DNA of 64,000 nt from Candidatus Hydrothermus pacificus (GTDB lineage: Bacteria; Hydrothermota; Hydrothermia; Hydrothermales; Hydrothermaceae), in the NCBI GenBank assembly GCA_002011615.1, contig MTOH01000018.1, positions 1,749-65,748 on the forward strand. Direction: 5' to 3'. The notes below the pieces were generated by a model. It ran no database searches and was not told the DNA's origin. It saw only the letters and a list, made by a program, of their open reading frames with translations. This document shows positions 1-9,906 of the stretch, piece by piece (within the stretch, counting starts at the first letter, position 1; every line of letters starts with the position of its first letter). The translations under genes were made by a program, and so were the position numbers.

Positions 1-2
1 AA

Positions 3-191
3 TTTCAAAAAGGAAATTTAGAAGAAGCTGAAAAAAAATGGATGGAATCTTTTAAAATAGCAAAAAAACATAATGAAAAGATATCATTGATAAAAATAAT
101 GACAAATCTTGGAATTCTCTATTTTGAACAAAAGAACATAAGGAAATCAATGTTATTTTTAGAAAAGGCTCTTAAGCTGGCAAAAAAATAA
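3..191 (+). CDS. C-terminal fragment of a TPR-like repeat protein (start lies outside the window)
   Basis: Frame 3 is open from the window edge to TAA at 189..191. The translation (...GNLEEAEKKWMESFKIAKKHNEKISLIKIMTNLGILYFEQKNIRKSMLFLEKALKLAKK) has TPR-like helix-turn character, similar to the TPR tail of the 59351..62575 protein. Confidence 0.35.
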   Translation, partial: FQKGNLEEAEKKWMESFKIAKKHNEKISLIKIMTNLGILYFEQKNIRKSMLFLEKALKLAKK

Positions 192-247
192 AGTTATATG
201 AAAGAGAAGTCAGCATATTACAGCGAATCGTCTATCAGAAAGCAATC

Positions 248-874
248 ATGAAAATGGAGGCAAAAAAGGACTTTGAAAAAGTTATAAGAATGGCAAGGGA
301 AAGAAGATTAAGGGGAATAGAGATAAAGGCAATGGTAAACTATGGATATTATTTAATAGAGGTTGAGAAGGATATAATAAAAGCGGGGCAAATATACACA
401 GATTTAATTCCTTTGCTTGAAGAAACACAAGACCTTTATCATCTTTTTATATCCTTTTATAACCTTTATGAAATAAATATGTATATGTGTAATATAGAAA
501 AAGCATATAATTTCCTTAAAAAGAGTTTCAGAAACGGAATTAAAGGCAGGTATGAAAGAATGATACCCTATTTAAAGGATATTGTGCCATTATCTATAAT
601 CTATGGAGAGGATAAGAGATTTTATAAAAAATTTCAGGAGTATTTCAAAGGTCAGCATGATTTCTGGAACAAAGCATTTAAAAAACCCCATGATATAGAG
701 AAATTTATTGAAAATCCAACTTCTGTTTTTGAAAAGTTTCTAATTGCAGGTTATTCATTAATTGAAGGCAGTCAAAACCGCTATCAAAAGGACTTCTTAA
801 GATTTACAGAACGCAATAAGTTTATAAAAGTCTTTATTAATTTTTTGAAACTTAAAAAGCTCTCTGCTTCTTGA
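248..874 (+). CDS. hypothetical protein
   Basis: 208-aa ORF with no recognisable motif. Its 3' end overlaps the convergent cyclase gene by 78 nt, so one of the two ends may be mis-set. Confidence 0.3.
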   Translation: MKMEAKKDFEKVIRMARERRLRGIEIKAMVNYGYYLIEVEKDIIKAGQIYTDLIPLLEETQDLYHLFISFYNLYEINMYMCNIEKAYNFLKKSFRNGIKGRYERMIPYLKDIVPLSIIYGEDKRFYKKFQEYFKGQHDFWNKAFKKPHDIEKFIENPTSVFEKFLIAGYSLIEGSQNRYQKDFLRFTERNKFIKVFINFLKLKKLSAS

Positions 875-1351
875 AAAGGTTGGTTTATCAACCATTATTT
901 CAAAGGGACCTGCTTTTGATTCAAGATATTGAGCCCTATCAACTACATCTCCATATATTGAAAAAATTTTTTTGTATTTACCCGTTATAAGAAAGTTCGC
1001 TTTACCCATAGCAATACCTGTTGAAACACTTATCTTATATTCTTTGGCTCTGATTACCCTACTGATATCCAATGCGGCTTTACATGCTCTTACCTCTTTC
1101 ATTCTGCCCTGAAAAATAACAAGAACAGCATCTCCAAGATAGTTCTGTAAGTCACCTCCCTGTTCTGTTATAACACCCCACAGGTCTTCAAAAATCTCAT
1201 TCATAAAATCCGCAACTTTTTCAGAATCAAGTTTTTCAGAAATCTCTGTAAAACCTGTTACATCACTGAACAGAATTACCACCTCTTTTTTGAACTCGTT
1301 TTTTTCAGCTCTTCTCACCCATTCAGGGAGAAAAACCTCCTCAATTTTCAT
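797..1351 (-). CDS. small class III nucleotide cyclase (CHD) domain protein, atypical active site
   Basis: Metal-binding Asp motifs are present (ILFSDVTGFT, LGDAVLVIF). The transition-state motif is GDVVDRAQYLES where canonical is GDAVNxAARLES, so the Asn/Arg pair is not conserved. Only 184 aa, a cyclase domain alone. Confidence 0.6.
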   Translation of the reverse strand: MKIEEVFLPEWVRRAEKNEFKKEVVILFSDVTGFTEISEKLDSEKVADFMNEIFEDLWGVITEQGGDLQNYLGDAVLVIFQGRMKEVRACKAALDISRVIRAKEYKISVSTGIAMGKANFLITGKYKKIFSIYGDVVDRAQYLESKAGPFEIMVDKPTFSRSRELFKFQKINKDFYKLIAFCKS

Positions 1352-1569
1352 TTTTCAAAAAGCAGATTATACCCTATTGCGGCGAGAAAAAGGGTCCATG
1401 AAAGCCTGAGATAGGTCAGAGGATGATAGATATTTGAAGGCCAGGTTATTTTAAAGAGTTTAAAAATAGCAGCAAAAACAAGCACAATAACCCCTATTAC
1501 AAATATTACTTTTGATGCTTTCATCTTACCCCCTTTGTTTTTATATATTATACAATAAAAGAAAAGCAC
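1348..1569 (-). CDS. 73-aa predicted 2-TM membrane microprotein
   Basis: Two hydrophobic stretches (VIFVIGVIVLVFAAIF and LSWTLFLAAIGYNLLF). 4-nt overlap with the downstream cyclase gene on the same strand implies co-transcription and translational coupling. Confidence 0.4.
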   Translation of the reverse strand: MLFFYCIIYKNKGGKMKASKVIFVIGVIVLVFAAIFKLFKITWPSNIYHPLTYLRLSWTLFLAAIGYNLLFEK

Positions 1570-1576
1570 CTTTCAA

Positions 1577-1605
1577 TTGAAATAAATATTCTATTTTCGT
1601 ATAAT
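1577..1605 (+). promoter_or_regulatory. sigma70-type promoter for rpmA (TTGAAA-17-TATAAT)
   Basis: ttgaaa at 1577..1582, 17-nt spacer, tataat at 1600..1605. RBS aaagggaggt at 1617..1626 and ATG at 1636. Confidence 0.45.
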
Positions 1606-1635
1606 TAAAAAACTTAAAAAGGGAGGTATAGAAAG

Positions 1636-1893
1636 ATGGCTCATAAAAAGGGTATGGGTTCGAGTAAAAATGGAAGAGATAGTCATGCCAAGTATCTCGG
1701 TATAAAAAGGGGAGATGGTGCCTTTGTTCCTGCAGGATGTGTGCTTGTAAGACAGAGGGGAACGAAATTCTATCCAAGATACAATGTTGGCAGAGGAGGA
1801 GATGATACGCTTTTCGCGAGAATATCAGGAATTGTAAGATTTGAAAGGAGAAAAGGAAGAGTTTATGTATCTGTATATCCTTCGGAAGGATAA
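1636..1893 (+). CDS. rpmA: 50S ribosomal protein L27
   Basis: [28 protein letters not shown]...[23 protein letters not shown] is the canonical L27 sequence. Strong SD upstream. Confidence 0.92.
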   Translation: MAHKKGMGSSKNGRDSHAKYLGIKRGDGAFVPAGCVLVRQRGTKFYPRYNVGRGGDDTLFARISGIVRFERRKGRVYVSVYPSEG

Positions 1894-1895
1894 AC

Positions 1896-2399
1896 TTGAA
1901 AATAGTAAGCAAAAGAGGAGATGAGGGAAACACCTATTTGGGGAAAAAGAGGGTTAAAAAAAGCTCTTCTATAATAGAGGCAATAGGTTCTCTTGATGAA
2001 TTAAATTCCTCAATAGGTATTGCAAGAAGTTTTATAAAAGATAAAAGGATAAATAATATTCTGAAGCAAATCCAGAAACATATCTTTATTATAGGCAACA
2101 GTATATTCTCTGAAAAATATAAATTTGACAGCGAGAAAATTAAATGGATTGAGAATAAGATTGACGAATTTGAGAAAAAACTTCCGGAACTTAACAAATT
2201 TATATTACCTGCTGGCTCAAAGGAATCTGCACTATTACAGTTTTCAAGAAGCCTCGTAAGAAGAGCTGAGAGAAGAGTTGTGAAAATAAAAGACAAACAA
2301 AAAATACAGAGGGAAACAATCATTTATTTAAATAGACTTTCTGATATGCTTTTTTTAATCGCAAGATTTCTGAATAAAGAAAAAGAAGAATATGTCTGA
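1896..2399 (+). CDS. ATP:cob(I)alamin adenosyltransferase, PduO/MMAB type
   Basis: N-terminal [15 protein letters not shown]...[17 protein letters not shown] and C-terminal [26 protein letters not shown] match the PduO-type adenosyltransferase family. Confidence 0.72.
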   Translation: MKIVSKRGDEGNTYLGKKRVKKSSSIIEAIGSLDELNSSIGIARSFIKDKRINNILKQIQKHIFIIGNSIFSEKYKFDSEKIKWIENKIDEFEKKLPELNKFILPAGSKESALLQFSRSLVRRAERRVVKIKDKQKIQRETIIYLNRLSDMLFLIARFLNKEKEEYV

Positions 2400-5223
2400 T
2401 AAGATAATAATAAGAGGAGCAAGACAGCACAACCTGAAGAACATAAACCTTGAAATTCCAAAGAATAAACTGATAACCATCACAGGTATCTCGGGTTCAG
2501 GAAAATCATCCCTTGCCTTTGATACCCTTTACGCAGAGGGACAGAGAAGATATGTTGAATCTCTTTCAGCCTATGCAAGACAATTCCTGGGTCTAATGGA
2601 AAAACCTGATGTTGATTTTATTGAGGGTCTTTCACCTGCGATTGCGATTGAGCAGAGGAAAATATCAAGAAATCCGAGAAGCACAGTCGCAACTGTTACA
2701 GAAATCTATGATTATTTAAGACTTTTATTTGCAAGGGCAGGCACGCCTCATTGTCCTGATTGTAAAGCTGTTCTTAAAAGAAGCTCTCTTGATGAAATAG
2801 TCAATTATCTGTTTGAGAGAGCAAAAAACAAAAGTGTAATCATTCTTGCACCAAAGATAAAGGGAAGAAAAGGAGAATACAGAGAACTTTTTGAAAGAAT
2901 TAAAAAAGATGGCTGGATAAGGGTAAGAGTTGATGGTAATATTCATGACATAGAAGAAGTACCGAAACTTGAAAGATATAAAATTCATTCCATTGATATA
3001 GTTGTTGACAGATTGAATATAAAAGATGGTATAAGGACAAGACTTGCGGATTCCATTGAACAGGCATTGCAGGAAGGAGAAGGTATTGTGCGAGTTTTAA
3101 TAAATGGAAAAAAAGAAAAACTGTTCTCTGAAAAACTTATGTGTCCTGAATGTGGTTTTTCTCTGCAAGAACTTGAACCAAGAATGTTTTCCTTTAACTC
3201 TCCATACGGGGCATGTGAAAGATGTTCGGGTCTTGGATTCAGATACGAAATAGATGCAAGTTTAATTGTAACAAACCCAAAACTCTCAATTACAGAAGGA
3301 TGTATAAGACCCATAGGAGAACCAAGAGGGTGGCTTTTATACAAGTTAGAAAAACTTGCAAGAATTTATAAGGTATCCCTTGATGACGACTGGAAAGACC
3401 TTCCAGAAAAGTTCAGGAATGTTGTTTTATTTGGGACAGAAAATCCTGAAAATTTTAACCCTGAAGAACCAGAAGAATATCAGGATTACGACTTTTACGA
3501 GGGTATAATACCCTTTCTTATAAGAAAATACAGTGAAACAGAATCTGAATGGGTAATAGAGGAAATTGAAAAATATTTAGTAAAAAAACCCTGCCCCGAT
3601 TGCAATGGAGCAAGACTGAAGAGAGAATCTCTATCTGTTACAGTGGGTAAGAAGAACATCCACGAAATAACAGAAATGGATATAGAAAATGCTTTAAAAT
3701 TTTTTGAAAATTTAAGACTTTCAGAAAGGCAGAAATTGATAGCAAAGCAAATTTTAAAAGAGATAATGGCAAGACTGTCTTTTTTAAAAGATGTGGGGGT
3801 TCACTATCTTACCCTTGACAGAACAATTGAGACCCTTTCAGGAGGGGAAGACCAGAGGGTAAGGCTTGCAACACAGATAGGTTCAGGTTTAACAGGCGTT
3901 CTCTATGTGCTTGACGAACCAACCGTGGGTCTTCACCCAAGAGATAATGAAAAACTTCTGAACACCCTGAAAAAATTAAGAAATATTGGAAATACTGTTC
4001 TTGTTGTTGAACATGACAGGCAGACAATTGAAACATCTGACTGGGTAATCGACCTGGGTCCTGGAGCAGGAGAAAAAGGGGGACATGTTGTATTTACAGG
4101 AACCCCTGAAGAACTGAAAAGATATAAAAAATCTTTAACCGGAAAGTATCTTTCTTATACAAGAGACATTCCTGTTCCTGAGAAAAGAAGGAGAACAGGA
4201 AACAAATATCTGACAGTTTATGGAGCAGCGGGTTTTAATTTAAAAAACATAGATGTTAAATTCCCCCTCGGTCTTTTTATATGCGTGACAGGAGTATCAG
4301 GTTCTGGTAAGAGTTCTCTTGTCATTGAAACTCTTTATAGAGCTTTAAGAAGAATGCTCTACAATTCTCCTGAAATTCCTCTGCCCCATGAAGGTATTGA
4401 AGGAATTGAACATATAAACAAGGTTATAAATATCGACCAGTCTCCAATAGGAAGAACTCCCAGGTCAAATCCTGCAACCTACACAGGTGCTTTTACACCC
4501 ATAAGAGAATTATTTGCATCATTACCCGAATCAAGAAAAAGAGGATATAAGCCCGGAAGGTTCAGTTTTAATGTTAAAGGAGGGAGGTGTGAGGCATGCT
4601 GGGGTGAAGGATTTATAAGGGTTGAAATGCAGTTCTTACCCGATGTCTATGTTCCATGTGAGGTGTGTAATGGAAAAAGATACAATGAGGAGACCCTTGA
4701 AGTAAAGTTTAAAGGAAAAAATATTGCTGACATTCTGAACATGTCTGTTGACTCTGCCTATGAACTTTTTGAGAATATACCTGCGATAAAAAGGAAACTG
4801 GGACTTTTAAAGGATGTGGGACTCGGTTATATAAAGCTGGGTCAATCTGCAACAACCCTGTCAGGTGGTGAGGCACAGAGAATAAAATTATCAAAAGAAC
4901 TTTCAAAGGTCGCAACAGGTAAAACTCTATACATACTTGATGAACCAACAACAGGGCTTCATTTTGAAGATGTCAGGAATTTACTAAATGTTCTTCAAAG
5001 ACTTGTTAACATGGGAAATACTGTTATTATTATTGAGCACAACCTTGATGTTATAAAATCCTGTGACTGGATAATTGATTTAGGTCCTGAAGGAGGAGAT
5101 GAAGGGGGATATTTAATTGCAGAAGGTCCACCTGAAGAAATAATCAAAAACAGAAAATCTTATACAGGAAAATTTCTGAAAAAGGTTCTTGAAAAACAAA
5201 AAATAGAAATTTCTATAAAATAA
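2392..5223 (+). CDS. uvrA: excinuclease ABC subunit A
   Basis: 943 aa. Two ABC ATPase modules ([12 protein letters not shown] and [10 protein letters not shown] Walker A, LSGGE signatures) and zinc-finger Cys clusters (CPDC...C, CPECG, CPDCNG, CEAC...CEVCNG). 8-nt overlap with the upstream adenosyltransferase gene. Confidence 0.95.
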   Translation: MSDKIIIRGARQHNLKNINLEIPKNKLITITGISGSGKSSLAFDTLYAEGQRRYVESLSAYARQFLGLMEKPDVDFIEGLSPAIAIEQRKISRNPRSTVATVTEIYDYLRLLFARAGTPHCPDCKAVLKRSSLDEIVNYLFERAKNKSVIILAPKIKGRKGEYRELFERIKKDGWIRVRVDGNIHDIEEVPKLERYKIHSIDIVVDRLNIKDGIRTRLADSIEQALQEGEGIVRVLINGKKEKLFSEKLMCPECGFSLQELEPRMFSFNSPYGACERCSGLGFRYEIDASLIVTNPKLSITEGCIRPIGEPRGWLLYKLEKLARIYKVSLDDDWKDLPEKFRNVVLFGTENPENFNPEEPEEYQDYDFYEGIIPFLIRKYSETESEWVIEEIEKYLVKKPCPDCNGARLKRESLSVTVGKKNIHEITEMDIENALKFFENLRLSERQKLIAKQILKEIMARLSFLKDVGVHYLTLDRTIETLSGGEDQRVRLATQIGSGLTGVLYVLDEPTVGLHPRDNEKLLNTLKKLRNIGNTVLVVEHDRQTIETSDWVIDLGPGAGEKGGHVVFTGTPEELKRYKKSLTGKYLSYTRDIPVPEKRRRTGNKYLTVYGAAGFNLKNIDVKFPLGLFICVTGVSGSGKSSLVIETLYRALRRMLYNSPEIPLPHEGIEGIEHINKVINIDQSPIGRTPRSNPATYTGAFTPIRELFASLPESRKRGYKPGRFSFNVKGGRCEACWGEGFIRVEMQFLPDVYVPCEVCNGKRYNEETLEVKFKGKNIADILNMSVDSAYELFENIPAIKRKLGLLKDVGLGYIKLGQSATTLSGGEAQRIKLSKELSKVATGKTLYILDEPTTGLHFEDVRNLLNVLQRLVNMGNTVIIIEHNLDVIKSCDWIIDLGPEGGDEGGYLIAEGPPEEIIKNRKSYTGKFLKKVLEKQKIEISIK

Positions 5224-5225
5224 AA

Positions 5226-5262
5226 AAGGGGAGGCAGGATTCGGACCTTACCTCCCCTTTGA
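5226..5262. terminator. GC-rich hairpin between convergent genes; U-tract only on the minus-strand side
   Basis: aaggggagg (5226..5234) pairs with cctcccctt (5251..5259) around a 16-nt loop. On the minus strand the hairpin is followed by ttttttA, so it terminates the 5280..8348 gene. On the plus strand it is followed by tgagg, so it is weak for uvrA. Confidence 0.4.
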
Positions 5263-5279
5263 GGTTAGAACTTTTTATT

Positions 5280-8200
5280 CTATCTTATCAAGGTCGCTTT
5301 GAATACATCAACTTTACCCTGTGCTTCAAGTCTGAAGAAGTATGTTCCACTTGAAACAACACTTCCTCTTTCATCCTTTCCATCCCAGTAAACGGTCTTT
5401 TTACCTGCAGGTTCCATGGGTCTGTTTACAAGGGTTCTTACAAGTCTTCCTGTGTGATTGTAAACTTTCAGGGTTACTTTACCGGGCAGTGTGGTTGAGT
5501 AAGAGATGGGGATGTAACCGTCATTTCCTCTGAGAATGCTCTTCAGGTTCTTTGCAAATCCAAATGTAACCCTTTCTGGAAGCTTATTCTTTTCAGCAAC
5601 ATTTACTCTTCCTGTATGAAGAACTTCGTGGTCTGTAAGATAGCCGCCCGCATAACCACCTGCAACAAATACACCGATCTCTCCTGTTGAGGGGAAGGGT
5701 GTAATTGCAACAGGTGTGCAGTTACCCATGCCTGTTGGTTTGGGATCCCACTGTGTCCATGTTGCTGTGTAAGGGTTATAAGAAATTGTCTGCACACTGG
5801 TTCCACCACTGATCTGACCTCCTACAACAAAGAGTTCTTTATTCCATTTGTCAACACCACTGGGAACACGATATTTTGGAGCATCTATACCAGGAATTGT
5901 CTGCCATGTGCCCCATGAAATCTGGGTTGGGTCAGCAGAACTTATGGTTCCAACAACATAGTCATCCCCAAAGGTTCCGTCTGCTTTATAACCGCATGCG
6001 ATTATTGCAAAGGAGTCAACTATTCCACCTGCCATTGTTCCTCTTCCCTGACCAGGGAAGGATGTTCCTGTTGTCCATGCATCATTCACAACATCATAGA
6101 TATAAACTGCATTTGTGGGTGTCATTGACCAGTTACCGTTTCCAAAGGTGTAAATTAATGAATCCATGTAAACGCCTGTTATGTGGTCAAGAAGTCCTGT
6201 GGGTGCACTCGCACCTGCTGACCATGTTCCACCAACAGGGTCGTATATGTCAACCCTTGATTGAGGAGTTGGCCAGGAGTTTGTTCCACCTATTCTGTAG
6301 AACATACCTCTCACTCCGTTTGCAGTTGCATAGGATGCACCACCATAGGGGTTTGTAATCGGACCAAGCCACTGTCTATTTGCTATGTCATAATAGTAAA
6401 CATCAGGGGAATAAACACCAGAGGGATGCATACCGAATGCATAGTAGTAACCATCATCAACAGATGCAAGGGAGTGTCCTGAACTTCCCATTGGCAGAGG
6501 AGCATCAGATATAATTTCCCAGTAAGAGGATGAAACCGTTGTCTGCATTGTCAGTGTGTCATTTGAAGGATTGCCATCACCTGCAAGCACTGTATAGGCT
6601 CTTACATCATAAACAGTTCCTTCTGTTCCACCAACATTCCATGTTCCAAAAGTAATGATTGTGTCAACACCCGGGTCAAGAATTAAAGTTGTGAAATCAG
6701 AATATACATTAACGCCCGCAGAGTCTATTTCAAAGTAAACATCAAATGTGTCTGTGAACCCACCTGCATTTCTGTATCTTGCCTGAGGGTCAACTGCTGC
6801 GCCGGGAAGGACCTTATCCGGGGGCTGTAAGATTGCTACGGTTGCTGCATCATGATTCGGGAATGAATAACCCATCCATGCAAGTATTCTTCTTGTAAAT
6901 TCATCTCTATCAGCCTGGTTGTTGATATTTTCAAAGGCAAAGGCATTGAAGAAGAAGAAATAGGGAACACCTGCACTTGTATCAATTGCTATTGTATTTG
7001 TATCTCCCAGGTCACTCACCATTTCTGTCCAAGACATACCATCAGGATTGATCTGGTCAGCATAGTCTGTCATTGCACCGCCTGTTGTGGGGAAAGAAAG
7101 TCCTGACATTATGGGTCCTACGCCTGTTACCTGAGAACAACCATTATCATCTACATAGGAGCTTATATGCATCCATGAACATGTTGTTCCAAGGGCCCAG
7201 AGAACATCCTGTGAGGAAAGCCAGAGTTTACCACCAGCATTCAGGTATTTTTTGATTTCAAGGGTATCCTGAGCAAGCAAACAATTTGAGTAATCGGCAC
7301 CTGTATTCCATATAACTATGTGATAACCTGACATTGCTGCAGAGTCAGGTCCTGCACCACCAGGGGTCACTGTAAATGTGTCATAGGAAACACCGAGATT
7401 TGCAAGGGACTGGAAGAAGTAAGTTTCATAGCTCATGCCTTCATCGTCATCAACAAAAAGAATATTCAGACCCGGAGGTGGAAGACCTATATCATAGACC
7501 CATACCTTATCAGGACCGGACTGGTCCAGAATGTATATATACTGACCATCAAAGGCAGCATCAGCAGTTGAGGTCTGAGTCATTCCAGGGTCGTAATCCC
7601 ACACATCAACAGGGGTTGTGTTGGGAACACCACCTGTGAGCTGGTACTGGTAGAAATGTCCAGGAGAAGCCTCTTCAGCCATGAAAAGCCATGAAGGAGA
7701 TATTGAACCGCTGAAAGCACCTGTCATACCCGATGGATAGGGACTCACACTCCATGTATTCCATGTTCCTGATTGAGAGGGCTGTGCCCATCCGCACTGG
7801 TTTACACCCCAGTCCGAAGAATAAACAGCGTCATCTACGGGATTGAAACCAAGCCCCTGATTGCTGGACCATGAAGTCGATCTGTAAAGAGTTCCTGTTC
7901 CTGTTGTCAGGTCTATCTGATATATCTGTCCATCAAATCCTGCCATATATACGATATCGTTTCCACCATATCCTATTCCGAGTCTGTATGTGGGAACACC
8001 GGAGCCAAGCAGAACAGAATCAAGTTTTGTGAGTGGTGAAGTTTTTGATATCAGATACATATAAGGATAGGATGAATTCCACTGGGTAATCCATAATCCG
8101 TCTCTGTCCCAGTCATAGGTTATACCCCAGCAATAACCTGCGGGATTCACTCCGCTCAAATTGATAGTATCAACCAGAGTAGGTGTTGATGTGGGACCAT

Positions 8201-8348
8201 TATACACCGAGTTAGATGGAGCATGGACTGTCAGTGCGTGATTTACCTTGCTTTGGGGTGCATAGAGATCATTACCCTGATTAAAGCTCGCCGCCATCAG
8301 GGCACCCCATATACTCACCCCTATTATTACCTTATACACTTTACGCAT
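5280..8348 (-). CDS. large secreted multidomain protein with T9SS C-terminal sorting domain (Kelch-like beta-propeller repeats plus a domain shared with 13410..14504)
   Basis: N-terminal signal peptide (MRKVYKVIIGVSIWGALMAASF). Kelch-like repeats near the N-terminus. Central ILFVDDDEG...YHIVIWNTG...GGKLWLSSQD domain. C-terminus KVTLKVYNHTGRLVRTLVN...TVYWDGKDERGSVVSSGTYFFRLEA fits the T9SS type-A CTD / FlgD-Ig-like pattern. Confidence 0.65.
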   Translation of the reverse strand: MRKVYKVIIGVSIWGALMAASFNQGNDLYAPQSKVNHALTVHAPSNSVYNGPTSTPTLVDTINLSGVNPAGYCWGITYDWDRDGLWITQWNSSYPYMYLISKTSPLTKLDSVLLGSGVPTYRLGIGYGGNDIVYMAGFDGQIYQIDLTTGTGTLYRSTSWSSNQGLGFNPVDDAVYSSDWGVNQCGWAQPSQSGTWNTWSVSPYPSGMTGAFSGSISPSWLFMAEEASPGHFYQYQLTGGVPNTTPVDVWDYDPGMTQTSTADAAFDGQYIYILDQSGPDKVWVYDIGLPPPGLNILFVDDDEGMSYETYFFQSLANLGVSYDTFTVTPGGAGPDSAAMSGYHIVIWNTGADYSNCLLAQDTLEIKKYLNAGGKLWLSSQDVLWALGTTCSWMHISSYVDDNGCSQVTGVGPIMSGLSFPTTGGAMTDYADQINPDGMSWTEMVSDLGDTNTIAIDTSAGVPYFFFFNAFAFENINNQADRDEFTRRILAWMGYSFPNHDAATVAILQPPDKVLPGAAVDPQARYRNAGGFTDTFDVYFEIDSAGVNVYSDFTTLILDPGVDTIITFGTWNVGGTEGTVYDVRAYTVLAGDGNPSNDTLTMQTTVSSSYWEIISDAPLPMGSSGHSLASVDDGYYYAFGMHPSGVYSPDVYYYDIANRQWLGPITNPYGGASYATANGVRGMFYRIGGTNSWPTPQSRVDIYDPVGGTWSAGASAPTGLLDHITGVYMDSLIYTFGNGNWSMTPTNAVYIYDVVNDAWTTGTSFPGQGRGTMAGGIVDSFAIIACGYKADGTFGDDYVVGTISSADPTQISWGTWQTIPGIDAPKYRVPSGVDKWNKELFVVGGQISGGTSVQTISYNPYTATWTQWDPKPTGMGNCTPVAITPFPSTGEIGVFVAGGYAGGYLTDHEVLHTGRVNVAEKNKLPERVTFGFAKNLKSILRGNDGYIPISYSTTLPGKVTLKVYNHTGRLVRTLVNRPMEPAGKKTVYWDGKDERGSVVSSGTYFFRLEAQGKVDVFKATLIR

Positions 8349-8408
8349 AATTTACCTCCTTTTAGGGTTTAGATAAAAATTTATATTAATGGATTAAACA
8401 GCAAAAAG

Positions 8409-8852
8409 TCAAACACGATTAATTTTATACTCTAAAATCTTCATATTTCTTATTTTGAAAAATGCCCTGAATTTTTTATTTTTAAAAACAAGGGGTAACC
8501 AGTATTTATCATCAGGCCACATCTTATCATAGGGAATTTTATCAATTTCAAACCATTCTGGCATGCATTCCTCTGTTTCCTCCGGCTTTCCTTCAAACTC
8601 GGTTGATTTAAAAACATAAACTTCCCATAAACCTGTATTATCGTCAAAATTTATTTTACCCACAAATTCACAGGATTTAACTTTTATATTAACTTCTTCT
8701 TTTGCCTCTCTTATAATACTTTTTCTTATATCCTCATTTTCTCTTATTTTCCCACCTATTCCGTTCCAGAGCCCTTTTCCGTGCCCTTTTTTCTTGTAAA
8801 TCAAAAGAACCTTATCCTTTTTAATTAAATAGAGTAAATTAGCCTTAATCAT
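8409..8852 (-). CDS. NUDIX hydrolase
   Basis: Nudix box GGKIRENEDIRKSIIREAKEEVNI (Gx5Ex7REuxEExGu). Confidence 0.7.
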   Translation of the reverse strand: MIKANLLYLIKKDKVLLIYKKKGHGKGLWNGIGGKIRENEDIRKSIIREAKEEVNIKVKSCEFVGKINFDDNTGLWEVYVFKSTEFEGKPEETEECMPEWFEIDKIPYDKMWPDDKYWLPLVFKNKKFRAFFKIRNMKILEYKINRV

Positions 8853-8879
8853 TTTAAAAAATTATTTTAACATAACCCC

Positions 8880-8908
8880 TTGACAAATTTCAAAAAATCG
8901 GGTATTTA
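8880..8908 (+). promoter_or_regulatory. sigma70-type promoter for the hsp20 gene (TTGACA-17-TATTTA)
   Basis: ttgaca at 8880..8885, 17-nt spacer, tattta at 8903..8908. SD aaaggaggtg at 8931..8940. Confidence 0.45.
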
Positions 8909-8946
8909 TATAAAGGCTTCAAAAAATTTTAAAGGAGGTGAGAGCC

Positions 8947-9393
8947 ATGAAAGAACTTGTAAGATGGGACCCTTTCAAAGAACTTTCAAGCCTGAGAGAG
9001 GAGATTGACAGGCTCTTTGACTCCTTCTTCGGGAGAAAATCACTCTTTGCAGAAAAAGAACTCTCTTTCTCACCTGCAATTGATGTTGAAGAAACCGATA
9101 ATTCCTTTGTCATAAAGGCAGAAGTTCCTGGTATGAGAAAAGACGATATAAAGGTAACAATTGATGAGGATGGAATAACGATTTCAGGTGAGAGAAAAAA
9201 AGAAAAGGAAGAAAAAGGAAAGACCTATCACAGGATGGAGATGGCTTATGGAAAGTTCAAAAGGTACATTCCCTTCCCAAAGGAGGTTGAACCTGATAAG
9301 GCAAAGGCAAAATACAAGGAAGGTATCCTCCAGATAGAGATTCCAAAATCAGAAAGGGCAAAACCCAAGGAAGTTGAGATTAAAGTGGAGTAA
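8947..9393 (+). CDS. small heat shock protein, Hsp20/alpha-crystallin family
   Basis: Alpha-crystallin domain (AIDVEETDNSFVIKAEVPGMRKDDIKVTIDEDGITISGERKKE...GKFKRYIPFP...GILQIEIPK). Start moved to the ATG at 8947, spaced correctly after the SD. The track's 8938 start is a GTG inside the SD. Confidence 0.85.
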   Translation: MKELVRWDPFKELSSLREEIDRLFDSFFGRKSLFAEKELSFSPAIDVEETDNSFVIKAEVPGMRKDDIKVTIDEDGITISGERKKEKEEKGKTYHRMEMAYGKFKRYIPFPKEVEPDKAKAKYKEGILQIEIPKSERAKPKEVEIKVE

Positions 9394-9416
9394 GTGAGTC
9401 GAACTTTAAAAGTATG

Positions 9417-9448
9417 CCCCCTCCATAAATGGAGGGGGTTTTTATTTT
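9417..9448 (+). terminator. rho-independent terminator after hsp20
   Basis: ccccctcc (9417..9424), loop ataaat, ggaggggg (9431..9438), followed by tttttatttt. Confidence 0.65.
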
Positions 9449-9453
9449 AGCTA

Positions 9454-9906
9454 TTAAATTTTTTTACCTTTGATTCCCTTATGTCTTATAATTTTTGATA
9501 TTTTGTAGATTTCCTTTGCAATTATTGATTTTTTTGTCAAATCTATTCTGAATTCTTTTAGAATAAAAACCAGTATAAAAATCAGAAATCCTGCCTTTAC
9601 AAATCCAAATACACCTCCTGAAATCCTATCCGCCCATCCAAGTTTTATTGCCTTTATAAATTTCTTTAAGATAAATCCTGTAAAAAAAAAGGCAAGATAA
9701 ACAACGAGAAATACTCCTATGTAAGAAACTATCCTTGAAACATTTTTTGAAAAGGGAAAAAGATAGGAAACCAAAATTCCATATTTATAGGACAAAAAAA
9801 CTCCGAACACAACTCCTGCAATACTGAAAATCTGCGACAAAAGCCCCTTTATAAATCCTCTTATAAGGAAAAAGGCAAGAAAAATAGAAAATATAAAATC
9901 AATCAA
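9454..9906 (-). CDS. CvpA-family membrane protein
   Basis: Four predicted TM helices. N-terminus MIDFIFSIFLAFFLIRGFIKGLLSQIFSIAGVVFGVFLS resembles CvpA (colicin V production protein family). Confidence 0.5.
   Translation of the reverse strand: MIDFIFSIFLAFFLIRGFIKGLLSQIFSIAGVVFGVFLSYKYGILVSYLFPFSKNVSRIVSYIGVFLVVYLAFFFTGFILKKFIKAIKLGWADRISGGVFGFVKAGFLIFILVFILKEFRIDLTKKSIIAKEIYKISKIIRHKGIKGKKI

Noticed and set aside
248-874. Possibility that 3..191 and 248..874 are one gene split by a frameshift
   Set aside because: The two pieces are in different frames and are separated by 56 nt containing stops in all frames. No continuity of repeat pattern is evident. Left as two separate low-confidence ORFs.
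797-1569. Pycsar-like (cyclase plus effector) defence module for the small cyclase
   Set aside because: The partner is only 73 aa with two TM helices and has no room for a cNMP-binding domain. The architecture does not match known Pycsar effectors. It is kept as an open question in the findings, not as a call.
1541-2323. Antisense ORFs 1541..1933(-) and 1934..2323(-)
   Set aside because: They overlap rpmA and the adenosyltransferase gene on the opposite strand. Their translations are low-complexity (F/L/I/S-rich), typical of the antisense frame of AT-rich coding DNA.
2725-8348. Many short antisense or alternative-frame ORFs inside uvrA and the 1022-aa T9SS cargo gene (for example 2725..2988, 2985..3344, 3809..4036, 4709..4951, 5876..6358, 7376..7639)
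   Set aside because: They are nested within well-supported long genes with clear homology. None has motifs or an RBS.
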